Below the pieces are notes generated by a model that was not told where the DNA came from, did not search any database, and worked only from the letters and a program-made list of their open reading frames with translations. From contig JAXMNT010000020.1 in NCBI GenBank assembly GCA_034670305.1, positions 32,001-96,000 of the forward strand: DNA of 64,000 nucleotides. Direction: 5' to 3'. The stretch comes from Deltaproteobacteria bacterium (GTDB taxonomy: Bacteria; Myxococcota_A; Polyangia; Polyangiales; Houyiibacteriaceae). Shown in pieces: positions 62,588 to 64,000 of the stretch. Position 1 is the stretch's first letter, and every line of letters starts with the position of its first letter. The translations under genes and the position numbers were made by a program.

Positions 62588-62667
62588 GCGGGCAAGGGCA
62601 AAGGCAAGGGCAGGGGCAAGGGGCAAGCTGCGAGAACGCCCTGCGGGCGTTCTTCAGCAACCTGCTA
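62588..62667 (-). repeat. TAG-anchored element copy 3: IS5-like end, 9-bp hairpin, (TTGCCC)n
   Basis: Minus strand TAG CAGGTTGCTGA AGAACGCCC GCA GGGCGTTCT CGCAGC TTGCCC...; on the lolA stop. Confidence 0.8.
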
Positions 62668-63366
62668 GAGCCGGATGGCGTTGCTGGGCGGGCGGAAGGC
62701 GAAGCGGGCGCTGGGCACGTCGCGGTTGAAGCGCAGGGAGCGGAGCTCCAGCTTGTTGCGGTTGCCGTCGTGGTCGTCGATCCGGATGCGGTGAATCACG
62801 CCGGCCGTGCCCGGGCGGGCGTCGACGTACAGCAGGATCCGCCGCACCTGGGGATCGGAGACGCGGGGAACCAGCTCGAGCACGTGTCCACGCCAGCGGT
62901 AGGTGCGCGCGTTCAGAAGCCGGGTGCGGTAGTCGTCCGCGATGCGGGTGTGTCCGGTGAGAAACGCGAGCCCGCCGACCGTGGCGTTGCCGCCCACGCT
63001 CTGCTTGAGGTACTGGCCGGGCGCTCCGTCTTCGCCCGGTTCGTACGCCGTCAGGTGGCGGCCGTCGCTCACGAAGACCTTGCCGTTCGGTTGGTCGTAG
63101 TCGAAGCGCATGCGGCCCGGCTTGTCGACGACGAGCTGTCCCGCCGATCGCTGATAGCGGTCGTACATGCGGTGGTAGAACGTCTGCGAGAAGCGCGCTT
63201 CGATCGTCTCGGTGCGGTCGTAGAACGCCTGCACCCGGGCCGCCACGGCGTCCGCCGAGAGCGGCTGGGACGCGCTTTGCGCGACGGCATGAGGCGCCGC
63301 CGGAGCGAGCGTGGCGCAGAGCGCGGTGGCCAAAAGAGCGAGCGAGAATCGTCGGGTCTTGGTCAT
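62665..63366 (-). CDS. lolA: Outer-membrane lipoprotein carrier LolA family
   Basis: Signal peptide; ARFSQ, KPGRMRFDY..P, VSDG, F.F.PP. Confidence 0.88.
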   Translation of the reverse strand: MTKTRRFSLALLATALCATLAPAAPHAVAQSASQPLSADAVAARVQAFYDRTETIEARFSQTFYHRMYDRYQRSAGQLVVDKPGRMRFDYDQPNGKVFVSDGRHLTAYEPGEDGAPGQYLKQSVGGNATVGGLAFLTGHTRIADDYRTRLLNARTYRWRGHVLELVPRVSDPQVRRILLYVDARPGTAGVIHRIRIDDHDGNRNKLELRSLRFNRDVPSARFAFRPPSNAIRL

Positions 63367-63428
63367 GTACACTTCGACAGCAACCACGCGCCGCTATTCA
63401 GACTTTCTCAGCAAGCACTCAACATCAT

Positions 63429-63785
63429 TTAGCTTTTCGCCATCTCCGTGTCGGAAGACGTGGGCCATTTCAGTGCATGGAGCACGGCGCTGGCGATGAA
63501 CAGAAGCGACGCGCAGCCGAAGGGCACCATCGCGTTCGCAAAGAGCGCGTAAGTCGCGAAGGCGAAGGTCGGCACCATCACCCACGCGCCAATGCGCGTG
63601 GTCTTCGGGGGCAGCAAGAGCAGGCCGCCAAGCAGCTGCAGCACGCCGAAGGCGATCGTGGCTCCGTCGCTCATGCCGAGGTTGCGGAAGAGCGCCATCT
63701 CCTCCGGCATCTGGGCGAGCTTCACAGCGCCGGTCGAGATCGACAAGAGCGTCAAGAGCACCCGGTTGACCCAGAGCGCCTTCAC
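63429..63785 (-). CDS. DoxX-like small membrane protein
   Basis: G.VKL, FG.LQLLGGLLL..PKT..IG; four hydrophobic segments. Confidence 0.75.
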   Translation of the reverse strand: MKALWVNRVLLTLLSISTGAVKLAQMPEEMALFRNLGMSDGATIAFGVLQLLGGLLLLPPKTTRIGAWVMVPTFAFATYALFANAMVPFGCASLLFIASAVLHALKWPTSSDTEMAKS

Positions 63786-64000
63786 GATGCCGCCTCCAGG
63801 AAGCGGACTTCCAGCCGCACGATGCGTCCGTCCTGCACCGTGCACGTGTCGACGCCCCGCACGGGCGCCGGAAACGCGGGCGAGCGACACGTCCACTCGC
63901 TCCGCACCACCGCACCGTCGACGTCGACCCGGTTGACCTCGAGCGTCAACTCCGGCGGCGTCTGGGTCCAGCCCGCGCGAAAACACGCCTCGATGGCGGC
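63782..64000 (-). CDS. 3' part of NTF2/SnoaL-like protein (partial)
   Basis: AAIEACF...VDGAVVRSEWT...RGVD...VQDGRI; stop overlaps next GTG. Confidence 0.65.
   Translation of the reverse strand, partial: AAIEACFRAGWTQTPPELTLEVNRVDVDGAVVRSEWTCRSPAFPAPVRGVDTCTVQDGRIVRLEVRFLEAAS

Overview
High-GC chromosomal window that looks myxobacterial (Polyangia/Sandaracinaceae-like, inferred from a MYXO-CTERM protease, TonB-fused receptor, FG-GAP lipoproteins and lipoxygenases). Main contents in order: a SUF Fe-S operon (Rrf2-sufBCDS-sufT); two tandem FG-GAP lipoproteins; an IS5 remnant carrying REP-like insertions beside a RAYT (HUH/Y1) gene flanked by ~64-bp inverted repeats; iscS; ygjP; a HYR/alpha-beta-hydrolase lipoprotein; an A-type Fe-S carrier; a Ser/Thr kinase-AAA protein; two tandem lipoxygenases; topA; a metal-homeostasis island (His-rich RAPP-ending upstream ORF, TonB receptor, two lipoproteins, Fur-family, ZIP/permease fusion, ArsR/SmtB, His/Cys-rich protein); an orphan adenine methylase; AraC; corA; matrixin; HupE/UreJ and PPIase; an 8-gene lipid operon with TetR; lolA. 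No tRNA, rRNA or CRISPR array was seen. Best candidates for new biology: (1) the lipid operon, which resembles a split and re-equipped ElbD ether-lipid pathway, has a degenerate HAD and has duplicated operators; (2) a His-rich, Cys-free CruR/CutF-like RAPP peptide before a TonB metal receptor; (3) a small element (TAG-CAGG + hairpin + (TTGCCC)n) sitting on three stop codons, linked to IS5/REP/RAYT DNA; (4) a recurrent leaderless-promoter signature. All product calls come from motif recognition by eye; no database searches were run.
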